Assembly (NCBI GenBank): GCA_026936335.1
Contig: JAPMXV010000060.1
Location: 62,001 to 126,000 of the forward strand
Source: Mantamonas sphyraenae STR306
Taxonomy: Eukaryota; Protista; CRuMs
Reading direction: 5' to 3'
DNA: 64,000 nucleotides
Below, one piece after another: positions 49,036-61,537 of the stretch; positions within the stretch are counted from its first letter, which is position 1, and every line of letters starts with the position of its first letter. Below the pieces are notes generated by a model. That model did no database searches, was not told the DNA's origin, and saw only the letters and a program-made list of their open reading frames with translations. A program made the position numbers and the translations under genes.

Positions 49036-50112
49036 ATGGTGAGTGCACCCGCATGGGTTTTCTTCTCTCTTGCACATGCACACACATAGACGCACACACA
49101 CACACACACACACGTACCAATCCCTGTGTGCATGGCCGCGACCAGTCGCTTGGTCTCTCGCTCTGGCGGCGAGTGAATTTTTTCCATGAAGCGCCGCGCA
49201 TCTCCGCGCCTGCTTCCTACGCCCATGCAGCACCGCACGCGTGTTTCGCCACGCCTGCTCCTCGTAACCGGTGCACATACATGCTGAGGCCGTGTGGCGC
49301 CAGCTCTACACGCGTCTCTGCAGCCACAGCGGCGTCGAGGTGGCCGCCCACGCCCTCGCATGCCCATTTTCACGAGCCAAAAAAGAGGCCGCCTGCCCAA
49401 CCACCCGCCCCAGCCTCCCAGCCACATCCTGTGTCTCCGTGGCTGCCCTACCCTGCATGCCACTGTGTGTCTCTGCCCCATCTCCCTGCTCTTCCTTGCG
49501 CGTGAGCCCGTGTGCCGGCCTGCGGCCCCCTCGCAAACATGCGTGCATGCAGAAAATCGCCTCTCGCGCCGTACCTCTCCTCGGCCTCTCGCCCTCGCCC
49601 TCGTGTCCTGTGTATGCTCTCCCCTCCTTGTCCCCCAACGTGTGTCTATCCAACACCTATGCTGTGTGTCTGCGTCCTCTGTGCTTTGTGCTCTGTGTGG
49701 CTCTGCCGCGTGCCTTGTGTGTGTAATTTGCAATCGACGCTGACTCGGCCTCCTCCAACCTCCTCCAACCCCCGTGTCTCTCCCCCGTGTTCAGGTCAAC
49801 ATTCCCAAGACTCGCAAGACTTTCTGCCCGGGCAAGCAGTGCAAGAAGCACAGGCTGTTCAAGGTGACGCAGTACAAGGCTGGCAAGGCCTCGCTGTTCG
49901 CCCAGGGCAAGCGCCGTTATGACCGCAAGCAGAGCGGTTTCGGTGGACAGACCAAGCCCGTGTTCCACAAGAAGGCCAAGACCACCAAGAAGGTCGTCCT
50001 GCGTCTGGAATGCTCCAAGTGCAAGTACCGTCTGGAGAAGCCCATCAAGCGCTGCAAGCACTTTGAGCTGGGTGGCCAGAAGAAGAACAAGGGTGCCGCC
50101 CTCACGTACTAA
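49036..50112 (+). CDS. RPL36A: 60S ribosomal protein eL42 (L36a/L44); ATG-only first exon, intron 49039-49794
   Basis: [66 protein letters not shown]. Confidence 0.97.
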
Positions 50113-50180
50113 ATGTGGTGTCATTGTCACAATGAACGGATGTTTGTCCTCCATCTCTCTCTCCATCTCCCTCCTGCCCA

Positions 50181-52095
50181 CTACTTGGCCTTTTGTGCTG
50201 CTGCCGTGCCCACAAGCGACCGGTTTGCTTTCCAGATGGCGCTGTTTGCGTGGAAACCCGACCCAAACGCAATCTGCCACACCGTTTCCCCTCGCTTCAC
50301 CTCAAACGAGCGTTCAATGTACGCCAGTTCGTACCAGATGCTGGCACTGCTCACGTTGCCGTAGCGGTACAGCGTGGCACGCGACGGCTCGCAATCCTTG
50401 TCGCTGAGATCAAAGTTGTTCTGCAGGCCGTCGATCACCGCACGGCCACCCGCGTGGATGCAATAGTAGTCGAAGCACTGCTTAAAGTCGGGCACGTACG
50501 GCTTAATCTTGTGGCCCAGGTACTTGCGACGGGCCATGTTCACCCAAAAGGTGATTTGTTCGCGGATGGGCAACACAAGCGGACCCAGCGTGGTCAGGTT
50601 TGCTTTCACGCCGCGACCCAGCACATCCACCAGCTTCTTGCTCAGACGCACACCCAGCACTCCCTCGTCGTCCTCTTCCTGGTAGATGCTCTTGTACGCG
50701 TCGTCGTCTGCGCTGAGGTTCGTGCGCACCACGTGCTGCAGTGTGTACTTGCTGCGGAACCCGTCCTTGAACTTGTTCGACAGCAGAATCGCCGCACCGC
50801 CCAGGCGGAACAGTGTGTTGGAAATCAGCATGCCCTTCTCCTTGCCCCGGTACCAGTTCTGTGTGATGTTCTCTGTGGAGCACACCAACGCCGTGCTGTT
50901 GCGATTTGCCTGCAACAGATCCTTGGCCAGTGCCAACGAAATGACCCCTGCGCTGCAGCCCATCCCGGCCAGGTTGTAGCTCAGCACGTCCGATCGCATC
51001 TTGTAATGGTTCATGATCATTGCCGCCAACGACGGCGTCGGGTTGAACAGCGAGCAGTTCACCACAAGGATGTCGATGTCCTTCGGCTTCAGTCCCGTCT
51101 TGGCAAACAGGTCGTCCAGCAGCGACGTAAACACAAGCAGCGCTTCCTCGCGTGCGTTCTTAAACGTGCACTCCGGCTCATCTTGCATGATCCCCGGCGG
51201 GAAGTACGTCTCCTCTCCCAGCCCTGTACGTCGCAGCAGCTTTGTCTGAAACTCCACCGCCTGTGTGGTGTGTCATCCACCCAATGGTGGTCCCAACCCC
51301 CAATCCAGCCGCCCCTGTCAGTGTCTGCCTCTTGTGATGCCCCGCTTCACAACAAAATCAGAATCACCCCCCCTGCGAAAACTCACCGAGTCGTCAAACG
51401 CCTTTACACGGCGTGTCTTGTCCTCAAACAGCTGGTTGGGGATCTTCAGCTCGTCGGGAGGATCAAACACAGAAAAGTCCAGCATGTACACGGGTCTGTG
51501 TAGGCGGCCAAAGGCGGGGGTCAGCGAAAAGGCGGTTTGCCGATGTGAAATCGCCCTCCGCCCATCATCATCAATCGCCGCGGGCGTTTTGCACACACAC
51601 ACACACACACACATGCTTGCTTGCTTTCTGTCTCTGGGTCTCTCTGTCGTTACACGCCACTTACGTCTCGCGTGTCACCACATAGGCGGTGAGCATGAGG
51701 GCAAAGAGGAGGGAGGTTCCGGTGACCAGGAGCAGGTTGGCGCGGAAGAGCACAATGACTTCCTGCACCTCCTCCCACCCAATGCGCAGGTAGGCATACA
51801 TCATGAGCAAAAAGAGAGGCAGCAGCACCAGCGTGGCCACACGCAGATCCGACGGGTGAAAGTGGCTATAGCCCGTGCGCACAAGATCCATGTCTGGGTT
51901 CCTGTCCGGAAACCAGTACTTGCGCAGCGAACGTGGCTGGGCCCCGGTTTTGCTCGGCCGTTCCTTCTCCACGTCGTCGTCCTTAGGCACGCTCTTGTGC
52001 GACCCGGCCACAGAATGCGTGTCGTTGTCCTTCTCCCCTTGCTCCTCCGCAACCTCCTCCTTCTTCTTGCCCTTGCTGCGTTGTCTCGGGGCCAT
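50181..52095 (-). CDS. KCS: FAE1-type 3-ketoacyl-CoA synthase (very-long-chain fatty acid condensing enzyme); 3 exons
   Basis: RPVYMLDF, DIDILVVNCSLFNPTPSL, NLAGMGCSAG (catalytic Cys), STENITQNWY, CIHAGGRAVID (His), YGNVSSASIWYEL (Asn); two N-terminal TMs. Confidence 0.93.
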
Positions 52096-52148
52096 TGTTT
52101 GTTGTCGTGTCTCCGCTCTCGCCCGCCCACCTCAATTCCTTCTCATTC

Positions 52149-53807
52149 ATGTCTCTCACCTTTGCCCAATTGGGTGAGATAGCCCTGTGGTCCCTCATGT
52201 GGATCCTATCCAATGCACCCTCCTTCTCCTCCCTCTCCTCCCTCTCCTCCTTCTCCCTTCAACAACACCAACCTGTGCTCCTGCTCCTCGCCTCCATCTT
52301 TCTCCACCTTGGCGATTCTGTCCCCTCCCACATGCGCCGGTGAGTGTGTGTCCATTCCCTTCCCCCCCCCCCCCCCCCCTTCCCCAACTCTCTCTCCACG
52401 CCTCCCGTCTCACTCACCCCACCACCCAGGATCGGCGCAGACGCCGGCATCCTGCCAGCTCTCCTCCTGCCCATGCTCCTCGTCGACTCGTCCATGGGCA
52501 GCTCCGCATCCTCGGTTGAAGACACCCGTCTGGTGGTGCATGCCAGTACATTCATGCTCCTCTACCTCCTCGCGGCCCTTTTCCTGCGGGCCCAGTTTGG
52601 TCTCTACGACGATCTCTACCTCATGCTCTTCTGGAGTCCCCCGGGCCTGTACACTGCCTACCTCTACGCCCACACTGGCACCTTTACTGCCTTTGTGCCC
52701 ACTGTGTTTTTCCTTCTCCTCCTCCTCCTGCCCCATCGCTTTCCGGGCACCTTTACCGTCGCCGAACTCGCCCTCGTCGCCCACGGCAGCACTTTCGTCC
52801 TCCACGCCACCTTCCGCCTTGCCATCCGACCCCAGTCCATCTTTGCCTCTGGCAGTGACCCTGTACATCTTCTCTCCCTCACCACTGCCGCCACTGCCCT
52901 CCTCGCCTTTGTCCTGGGCCTCCTCGTCCTGCGTTGGAAGCGAGCTCGCCACGCCGCCGGCCCGCTCTCAGACTCTGCCCTCACCGACCTCGTCCTCCTT
53001 GCCGCCATCGCCCTCGTTGTGCTACCCATGCGAGCTCTCATGGCCCGCCTCCTTGCTGGCACCCAACCCGAAGTGTGGGTATTTGGGTGGATCCAACGTG
53101 ATCCCCTGGTCCTTCGTCTCGTCCTCCTCTGGGTCGCTCTCCTCATCCTCACCCTCACCCTCATGCAACCCGATCGCCTGCGTCGTCTGTTTCCCTCCAC
53201 TGCCTCCATCCTCCTCCGCAAGATTTACCACCTCCTTGCTGTGGTGATGTTTGTGCCTGCCCTCCTCCTGCGTCCCACCTTTCTCTTCCTCGCCTTTGTC
53301 GTCGCCTTTGCCGCCATGCTCTTCCTCGAGCTCATTCGCATGGGTGCCTTTACGCCCTTCCACACATCCCTCAACTCCTTCATGCGCTCCCTCGTCGACA
53401 CACGCGACCACGGCCCCATCTTTGTCACCCATCTCTACCTCATCCTCGGCTGCGCCGCTCCCCTCTGGCTTTCCTCTTCTTCCTCCAACCCTCTCCTTCC
53501 CTTCATGGGCGTCCTCGTCCTGGGCATTGGTGACACCTTTGCCTCTGTCGTAGGCGTCCGCTTCGGCACCACACGCTGGCCAGGCACAAACAAGACTGTA
53601 CAGGGCACCCTTGGTGCCTTTGTTGCCATGCTCCTTGCCACCACTGCCCTCTGTGCTTATGCCCCTTCCCTCGCTCCCTCGGATTGGCCCGCTCTCTTTC
53701 GTCTCTTCCTCTTCCTCTCCATCCTCGAGGCCTTTACCACACAAATCGACAACCTCATCCTTCCCCTCGCCGCCACCTGGCTCACACGCCACATGCTAGT
53801 TTTATGA
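52149..53807 (+). CDS. DOLK: Dolichol kinase (SEC59); intron ~52340-52429
   Basis: ILLRKIYHLLAV, DTRDHGPIFVTHLYLILGCAAPLW, LGIGDTFASVVG..WPGTNKTVQG, LEAFTTQIDNLILP. Confidence 0.92.
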
Positions 53808-56033
53808 TGATGATGAAAACACGTGCTGCACACCTCCTCCTCGCTTGCGCCTTTTGCGTGTGTGGATCGCCATCCGAAACCGGCTGTCGTCGTCTTCTTC
53901 CTGTCCCCCGTCGTCGTTCTCCTCCTCCTCCTCCTCCTCATCCTCTTCCTCTTCCTCCTCCTCTCCATCGTTTGCGTCGTGGTCGTGGCCATTCCCTGGC
54001 TCCTCTCCATCGTCTTCTTCGTCGTGGTCGTGGTCGTAGCCACGCTTGCTGCTGCCGCCACGGGGATCCACCAGCCAGTCACACAGCTCCTGCTGCAGTT
54101 CCAATTGCCGCTTCTTATCCTGCATGCTTGCGCTCATGCGTTGGATGATCGAGTTTGCTTTTTCCTTGGCTGATTCAGGCATGCCCGCTTGCTGTGCTTG
54201 CCACACCCGCTGCAAGTATGTTTGCTCCCTGTGCAACTCCTCCTCCTGCTTCTCCCGCTCCTTCCAACTCCACATGTGCATGTCCTTCACCCCATACACC
54301 TCCTGAAACGATGCCACCGACTCGGGCCACTCCTTGGCCCGTTTCAACGCGATGGCCCATCGCCTCTGAAGATCCACACGTGCTTCCCGTTGCCTCTGCC
54401 GCATCCGTCGAAGTCGCCTCACCTCTGGGTTCAACGTCTCCCACCGCCGCATGCACTGGTCATTGGTACGCTTGGGCAGCCTCTTGGCCACCGCCACCCA
54501 CCTTCCTGTGCCCAGCTCGCTCACCGCCGCACGCAGCTTTTCATCCTCGGCACGCGTCCACTCGCTGCGCACAAGCGTGGGGTCAATCTTGCGCCATTGG
54601 TTGCTCGTCTGGTGGCTGGTGCGTTTGGCCACATGCCTGCGCCACAGTTCGTACTGGGGACCCCCGTATGCCACCCAGCAGCATCGCAACACGTCCTGTT
54701 CCCACGCTTTCCACGCCGTGCGATTGCGTTTGCTCAGGCCTCGCCACTCGTCTTTGCATTGTCTTCCCTTTCTTGGCGGCTGCGCACGCACCAGATACCG
54801 CTCTTGGCCCATGATCGGCCTTTCCTCCACGGGTGTGGCCTCCAACTCGGCTCGGCACATCCGTTCGTGCAACTCCCACGCCACCTCGGACCAGAAGCCG
54901 TCTGTTTGGTCCTTGGTGCCCCAACGCAGTTCCACCGCAGCCACCGCCTCCTCCAACTTGTCCTTTTCCATCCTGCTGAATGGATGCCGCTTGGTGGAGC
55001 TCCACTCCTTCTCGTCTGCCAGGGTCAACTCGCGTGTGCACTCCCATGCGTGTCTGTTCAACGCCAGTGCTGCTTCCTGCACATCCATTCCCTGCTCTCG
55101 CACCATCTTCTTCAGCTGCTCCACCTCTTCCCGGTGGAATTTGCGTCGTTTCCTGCTCACCACCTTTGGCGTGTCCCTTGTCATCCACCGCCGACGACAC
55201 TCCTGTGCACTCTTGGCTTTGTTCAACTGCGTGTCCCACAGCGCGGTGTGTGTGTGTGTGTGTGTGTGTGTGTTCCATCCGTGTCAGTGCTCATCCCCAC
55301 CCCCCCACCGCGCAACAACCCTTGGTACCCCATCCCCATCATCCCCATCCCCATCATCATCATCACTCACAAACGCTCCCGAGATCTGTTCCCAGTCAAC
55401 GTCGTCCTCGTCCACCGACGCCAGCAGTTGAGCGGAACTCATCTTTTGCAACGCCTGCTGTGCCTCGTACGCACCCTGTGTGCTCATGGGTCCGTTGCTT
55501 CTTTGGATGGCCCTCAGCAGGTTGCGTTTGGCTTGCTGCTCCAACCCGCGTCGCAGCTGCTCCTTCTGCGCTCCACTCCAGTCCCGCACTCCCGCATAGT
55601 CTTCCCTGCGTCGTATCCTTCTCCTCTGTCGTCCCTTTTCCCTGGCCCGAGTGTCCTCGTTGTCCTCGGGTTCGTCCCACCCGTCCTTGCTTCGCTGGCG
55701 GAACATTGCCACGCTGAGTTTGTCCTCGCCCTGCTCCGCCATCTCCTGACGCACCACCCACGCCTCGGCTTCCTCCTTGACACGTCTCAATTGCACGCTC
55801 ACCCTGTCCAGGTGTGCCTGCACCTGTGCGCGCAGCGCTGCCGCCGCCTCTGCTGCCTTGAGCAACGCCTGTGCCTTCTCTTGCACGCCTTCCAGCCCCA
55901 CTTGCCTGCCACACCTCACCACATGCCTCTCACACTCCGCCAGCCCAAACCAACGCTCGCAAAACGGACACTGCTCCGCCGTCCGCTGGCCGCCATCGTC
56001 GTCCTCTGCCAGCCATGAGGACGACGACGACAT
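53802..56033 (-). CDS. Multi-Myb-repeat protein, SNAPC4/SNAP190-like, with N-terminal UBZ-type Zn finger; intron ~55227-55370
   Basis: WSGAQKEQLRRGL..VDWEQIS..SAQECRRRW; WTRAEDEKLRAAVSELGTGRWVAVAKRLPKRTNDQCMRRW; CPFC..ERHVVRC. Confidence 0.7.
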
Positions 56034-56151
56034 TTGGAGTTCCTGTTCTGCCTGCGCCGTCAGGCGCAACCCGGCACCCACACACAAACACACCGCACAC
56101 CGCACACCACACACCACACCACACACTTCAACCGTAGCCACCGTCCCCAAC

Positions 56152-58646
56152 ATGACCAAAAGTAAAGAGACGAGTGCAAGCCGTGCACGTGGCAAGGTGC
56201 TGATCCCTGAGGAGGTGGGCGATTTCGTGCAACTGCTGCGCTTCCAGGTGGCGCAACAGCCGGAGGGCATCGCGGTGGACTTTGAGTCGGAAAAGAGGGT
56301 TCCATGGATGGATCGGCAGCCAGTGTGGCTTCGTGTCCTCCTGCTCCTGGCTCTGGTCGGCGTGGCCCTGTTTGCGTACAACCAGTTCCAGGGTCCCGAG
56401 GCCGAGTTCCTGCAGATGGCCGACGAGCTCAAACTCACCGAAAACGAACGTGCCCAGGTGCGACCCCAATTCATGGCCAAACGTAGCAACGAATACGTGC
56501 GCGGTGCCTGGGCTGGGCTCCTTCTCGTCTGCGTCCTTTCCGTCCGCCGTCTCATGCGCACAGCCTTCACCACCGACGGCCAAAAGGGTCGCCAGATCGA
56601 GTCCCGCTTCCTCCGTTACCTGCAACTGGACAAACATTCGGGTGCGTTGTGTCACGCAGTGCATTCCCCCCCCCCCCCCCCCCCTTCCCTTGCCCCCACA
56701 TTGGCCCTTGTACCTTTGCCCCGCAGCCGCGAACATTTCCCAGCAGGCGGCGCTTCCGTTTCCCACCGGCGAGTCGTCTCGAACGGCCGTTTCATGCCAT
56801 CGAGGGCAGTGTGTGCGAGATCCATTGGCCCGCAGCCCACCCCAACACCCCACGGAAGCACTGAAATCGCTCACGTTGCTGGTCACATTCACACACAGAT
56901 GCATTTGCCCGTGGTTTGGGAAGCAAGGGAGTGAGCAAGGGTGACAAGGTGCTCCTGCTGCTTGAACCCTCACCCCTCTTTGTCGAACTGGTCTTTGGTC
57001 TCCTCAAACTCGGTGCCGTGCCATGTTTCATCAACCCGCGTCTGCCCTCAGAGGCATTTGCTGCGTCTGTGGAACGACTTGCGCCCACCGTGTTTGTGGG
57101 CAGCGCCAAGGCCCATCTGCTTCGCCTGTGGCATGCCAAGTCGTTCTCCAATTCCCTGCGTGTGTCCATTGTCGAAGGTTCGTGGTGGTTTCCCTGGGGT
57201 CCCATCAACCTTGACACATGCTTCCAGGCAGCCGAGGAGTCCCTGCACGTGCCTCCCTTCTCTCCCAACGACCCGGCTGCCATCATCACCACCTCGGGCT
57301 CCACTGGCATGCCCAAGGGTGTTGTGTTCCGCCATGGTTCACTCGTGGCCCAGGCACGCGCCATCCAGCAGCTGTGGGGTGTGCGTCCGGATCGCATCGA
57401 CAACGTCGTGGTGGGCATTCTGCCCTTTATGCTCTATGTCCTCGGCGCAGGCGTCACTGCCGTCATGCCCAGTGTGCAATTGCTCACCGAGCCCGCCAAG
57501 GCAGACCCAGACACCATTGTCACGTCCATTCGCACCAACAACTCCCCTGCCGCCATCCTTCAACCCGTCGTCTGGGACAACCTCGTCCAGTACATGCACA
57601 CCAAGCAAAAGAGGCCTCTCATCAGTCACAAGCTGCGCATTGCCGTCACTGGCGGTGCTCCCATCCGACTGAACACTCACAAGAGCGTGCTGGGACACCT
57701 CATGCCCACGGGTGCAGAGATGTACTCCCCGTACGGCGCCACAGAGGTGCTGCCCATCTCATCCATGCCCAGCAGCGAGATTTTGGCTGAAACGTGGAAG
57801 CAGACGGCGGCTGGCAATGGTGTGTGCGTGGGTCGTCCTTTGGACATGCTCGACGTGAAGATCATTGCCGCCGATCGCGCCAACGAACGCATCGAACAGT
57901 GGGACAACAGCCTGGAGCTGCGCAGTGGGGCCAGCACCATGGCAATCAAGTATGGCGAGATTGTGGTGCGTGGCCCAGTGGTGTCGCGCGAGTACGACAA
58001 CATGGAGGAGCAGACGGCGCTGGCCAAAATCCCAATGCCGAACAACAACAACAACAACAACAGCAGTCGTGCCTCGGGTGCGTCGTCGTCTTCATCGTCA
58101 ACATCGTCGTCCCAGGAGGAGGAGGAGGGGAAGGAGAAGGAGAAGGATGGAGCTACGGAGCGGGAAACGGAGGAGCTGGATTGTGGGTTTTACCATCGCA
58201 CAGGGGATGTGGGTTACTTTGACACCAAGGGCAGGCTGTGGTACTGCGGACGCGTGAAGCATCTGGTGTCTGTGCAGGCTGCAGGCAAGGTGCCTGTGCC
58301 GGCCGTGTGTGTGGAGGGCGTGTTCAACGAGCATCCGCGTGTGCGTCGCTGCGCCTTTGTGCAGGCCGACGCCGCCGCTCGCATCGGGGCGCTGGTGGTA
58401 CAACTCAACGACGACGGGGACTCGTTGGACGACGCCCTGGTGGAGGAGATTCTGGCCTTGGCTGCAAACACACGGTACCGCAACTTGTTGGAAGACCCGC
58501 GGTTGGTTCTGCGCAAAAGCGACTTTCCCACCGACATTGTGCACAACAGCAAAATCAAACGCACGGAACTGGCCGAATGGGCTGCCAAGCAACCTCGCTT
58601 CACTGCCTATCTGGCCGAACTGGCGATGGGCAAGAAGGACAACTGA
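56152..58646 (+). CDS. OleC-like ANL-superfamily ligase (putative beta-lactone synthetase) with inserted TM hairpin; intron 56642-56898
   Basis: PSPLFVELVFGLLKLGAVP, TTSGSTGMPKGVVFRHGSLVAQ, SPYGATEVLPISS, GNGVCVGRP, HRTGDVGYFDTKGRLWYCGRVKH, C-terminal FPTDIVHNSKIKRTELAEWA (OleC consensus FPVDIRHNAKIxRExLAxWA). Confidence 0.8.
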
Positions 58647-58733
58647 GAACATGCGTCTCTGCCCGCAGGATGCAAAAGGGCAGAGGGATGTTTGGGACGC
58701 GTTGGTGGCCATCCAGAAAAATGCATTGTGTTG

Positions 58734-61504
58734 CTATTGTCCAGAAAACAGCTTCCAATCCTCAAGCAGCCTGCGCATGATGGGATACACCTCTGCATAT
58801 TGCTTGGCGCCGGCCTGATCCTTGTCGCGGACATACACATCGAGGGTGTTACGCAACATGTCCAAGATCTCCGTGTCGGCATAGCGGTCGAGGGCATCGG
58901 AGTATTTGGCGGCACTCATGTTGCGGACGGTGTGCGGAGAACGGAGGTCGTCGGGAGCACGTTGGAAAAGCAGGTGGATGACGTTGATGAGACCGATGGC
59001 CTGAATGTCGCTTACGAGATCGACCACCTTGTCGTTGTCCTGGAACATGAATGGTTTCAGCGTGCGCAGGGCGACATACGGGCCGCCTAGATCCTCCACG
59101 CGCTGGAGGGTGCCGATGCACAGTTCCAACACAGCCATGTCGCCAGCCAGGGCAATCTGGCCACTTTCGTCGACAGGACGAAGCAAACATACGTGGCGAA
59201 TAAAGTAGTCAATGACGCGTGCGCTGAGTTCGCGTATTTGTCGCGGGGCAAAGCGATTGCGTGACAAGGGCATGAAAAAGGCCTCCTTGGCCTGTGCTAC
59301 CTGTTGTTGCAGTTTGCGCATGTAACCACTGCACGGTGGTGTGTTCCACGACTCGTCGTCGTCGTGGTTGCCGCCGTGTGCGCTGCTGCTGCTGCTTTGT
59401 ACAAAGGATTCGTCGTGCATGGAACGAAGAGTGCGCTGGAACACTCGTGTGATCCCACCAAACAGGGGCACAAGAATCTGGTGGGCCAGGTCGGCCAACG
59501 ATTGCAAGCCAGGCGCAAGGCAAGCGCGCACCTCGTCGTCATCCAGCTGCTCGGCCATCACGGCAGAAAACTCGACGTGGACGACAGACATGAGGTTACA
59601 CAGCTCGATGTTGCGTCGTTGGCTGCGTGTGGCTTCCAACGCCTGCACCTGCTCGTTCTGGTTGTTCAACAGAGCCTCCATCCGCGAGGCAAACAGCTGC
59701 ACCGTCTTGTTGATGCCCTTGGCCACTTGCACCTGCAACTGTGTGTCCACACCACTCTGCTCCAGGTCGTACTTGGCCACACGAACAAACTTGGCAATGT
59801 CGGATGTTGACGGCATACCTCCGCCACCACCCACTCCGCCCTGTGACGACATGCCACCGCCACCTCCGCCACCTCCGCCGCCGCCGCCACCACCACCACC
59901 ACCACTCCTGGCGTTGTCAAACACAAGGTTGACCAGTTCGGTGGCACGTGCCAGACTGTTGGCCAGGAAGCGTGACTTGAAGGTTTCAAAGGCGTCCTGG
60001 AACCCAAGCCAGGGGTCACCTGCACCCAGACTGTGGTCTGTTTTGGATTGCAACTCACGCACAAAGGCACGGCCCATGGCAATGAACTTTGTGTAATCCT
60101 GAACAAGGGTGGCCAGGAGAAAATCGCTGTCGTTGGCACTCTGCCTCAACTGCTCGCTCATGCGCTTTGCCAGCTTATCAATGAACGCTTCGATGGGCAT
60201 CTGTGAAAGTGCTTGAGTCATGCTCACGTGTGTGCTTGTGTCGCGCATGTCCAGCGCCACGCGTTGCAGATCCCAAATCTGCAGCGTTCGCGTCAATGCA
60301 CGCCCCAGGAACGCCTGCATGCGTTGCCAGAACGCAGCACGCCACTGTTTGGTCTGGCCCGGAGGTGGACCTGCACTGCTGCCGGTGCTACGTTTGAGGG
60401 AACCCGGTCCGCCGCCGCCTCCGCCACCGGAGGAGCTGGCAGCGGACGAGGCGCGAAGCTCGTCGTGCAGATCGCTGAGATCCATGGTTGCGGTGAGGTC
60501 GACCACAAGCAGCTGGGCCCACTCGTCCAGGAAGGCATCCAGCTTTTGGGGCAGCACCTGCATGTTAAAGTACACGGCAAGCGAGGTGCTGACGTCGCTG
60601 GGGTTGGAATTACTGACGCCGTGGCTGAGCACCTTGTCCGCCTGCCGCAGCACATCCTTTCCGGCCTCCTTGATCCAGTGCGACTCGGCATCCACAATGT
60701 CGATGCCCCGGATGTCCGAGTGTAGGATGCCCTCTGTGAGTGGGAGGCCAATGTGTGGGTTGGGGTGAAGGGGGCGTCGTAAACGTGAGCAAGGGTCAGG
60801 TGAGCGATTGATCCCTCTCTTGCGCCGGGGATCCTGACTGGCTTCCAGGCGTGCCATACACGCACGGGCTGGCCCCACATACCTATTTCGTGGATGGCAG
60901 CGGCTGCCTTTTCCAGATTCTTGGTGCCTCCACCAGACCTACGGTCGTCCAGGTGGTATTGCAGCTGCTTGGTGACTTTGAGGAAGCGGCCGATGTGGCG
61001 GAGTGTGCGAGCGGCCACGTGGAGACGCTCCAGCTGGGCAGTGCGGTCAGCAATCAATTGAAAGGGCTCTGTGATTTCGCTGTCGATGCGATTGACGCTC
61101 TGCTTGACGGACTGCACGCCCGTGTTGACTGCAGAAACCACGGATTCCAGCTGTTGGATGTTGCCCACCTGGGCCAGCAGGTGTTTGTGGTTGTCCACCA
61201 CCTGTTGGTGCACCTCCGAGTCCACCACATCGATCCCTTGCGCCATCTTTTCCAACAGCGCAGCCGTCGCTGCTGCTGATGCTGATCCAGAGCCACCGCT
61301 GCCACCAGAGGAGGCCGACGAGGACGCGGACGAAGACGAGGAAGGGGCATCGGCGTCCGAAGTGCTCGTCGTCCCCGTCGTCTTTTTGCCTTTGCCACGC
61401 TTGCCACCACGTGTTTTGGTGAGCATACGCCCTGCATACTGCTGCGCATCAAAGTCTTCCGCAAGAAACTCGCGCAGCACGGGGTCTTGCTCCAGGTCCT
61501 CCAT
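58734..61504 (-). CDS. COG5: Conserved oligomeric Golgi complex subunit 5; intron 60734-60882
   Basis: FLAEDFDAQQYA, QQVVDNHKHLLAQ, RIDSEITEPF..QLERLH, PCSGYMRKL, FIRHVCLLRPVDESGQIALAGDMA, DLGGPYVALRTLKP. Confidence 0.88.
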
Positions 61505-61537
61505 CGATATTTGGCTGGTTTCTTTGCCCTGGTTGCC

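Noticed and set aside
49360-49395. Telomerase-RNA-like U-rich/A-rich pseudoknot
   Set aside because: No telomeric template nearby and the match is too short to support
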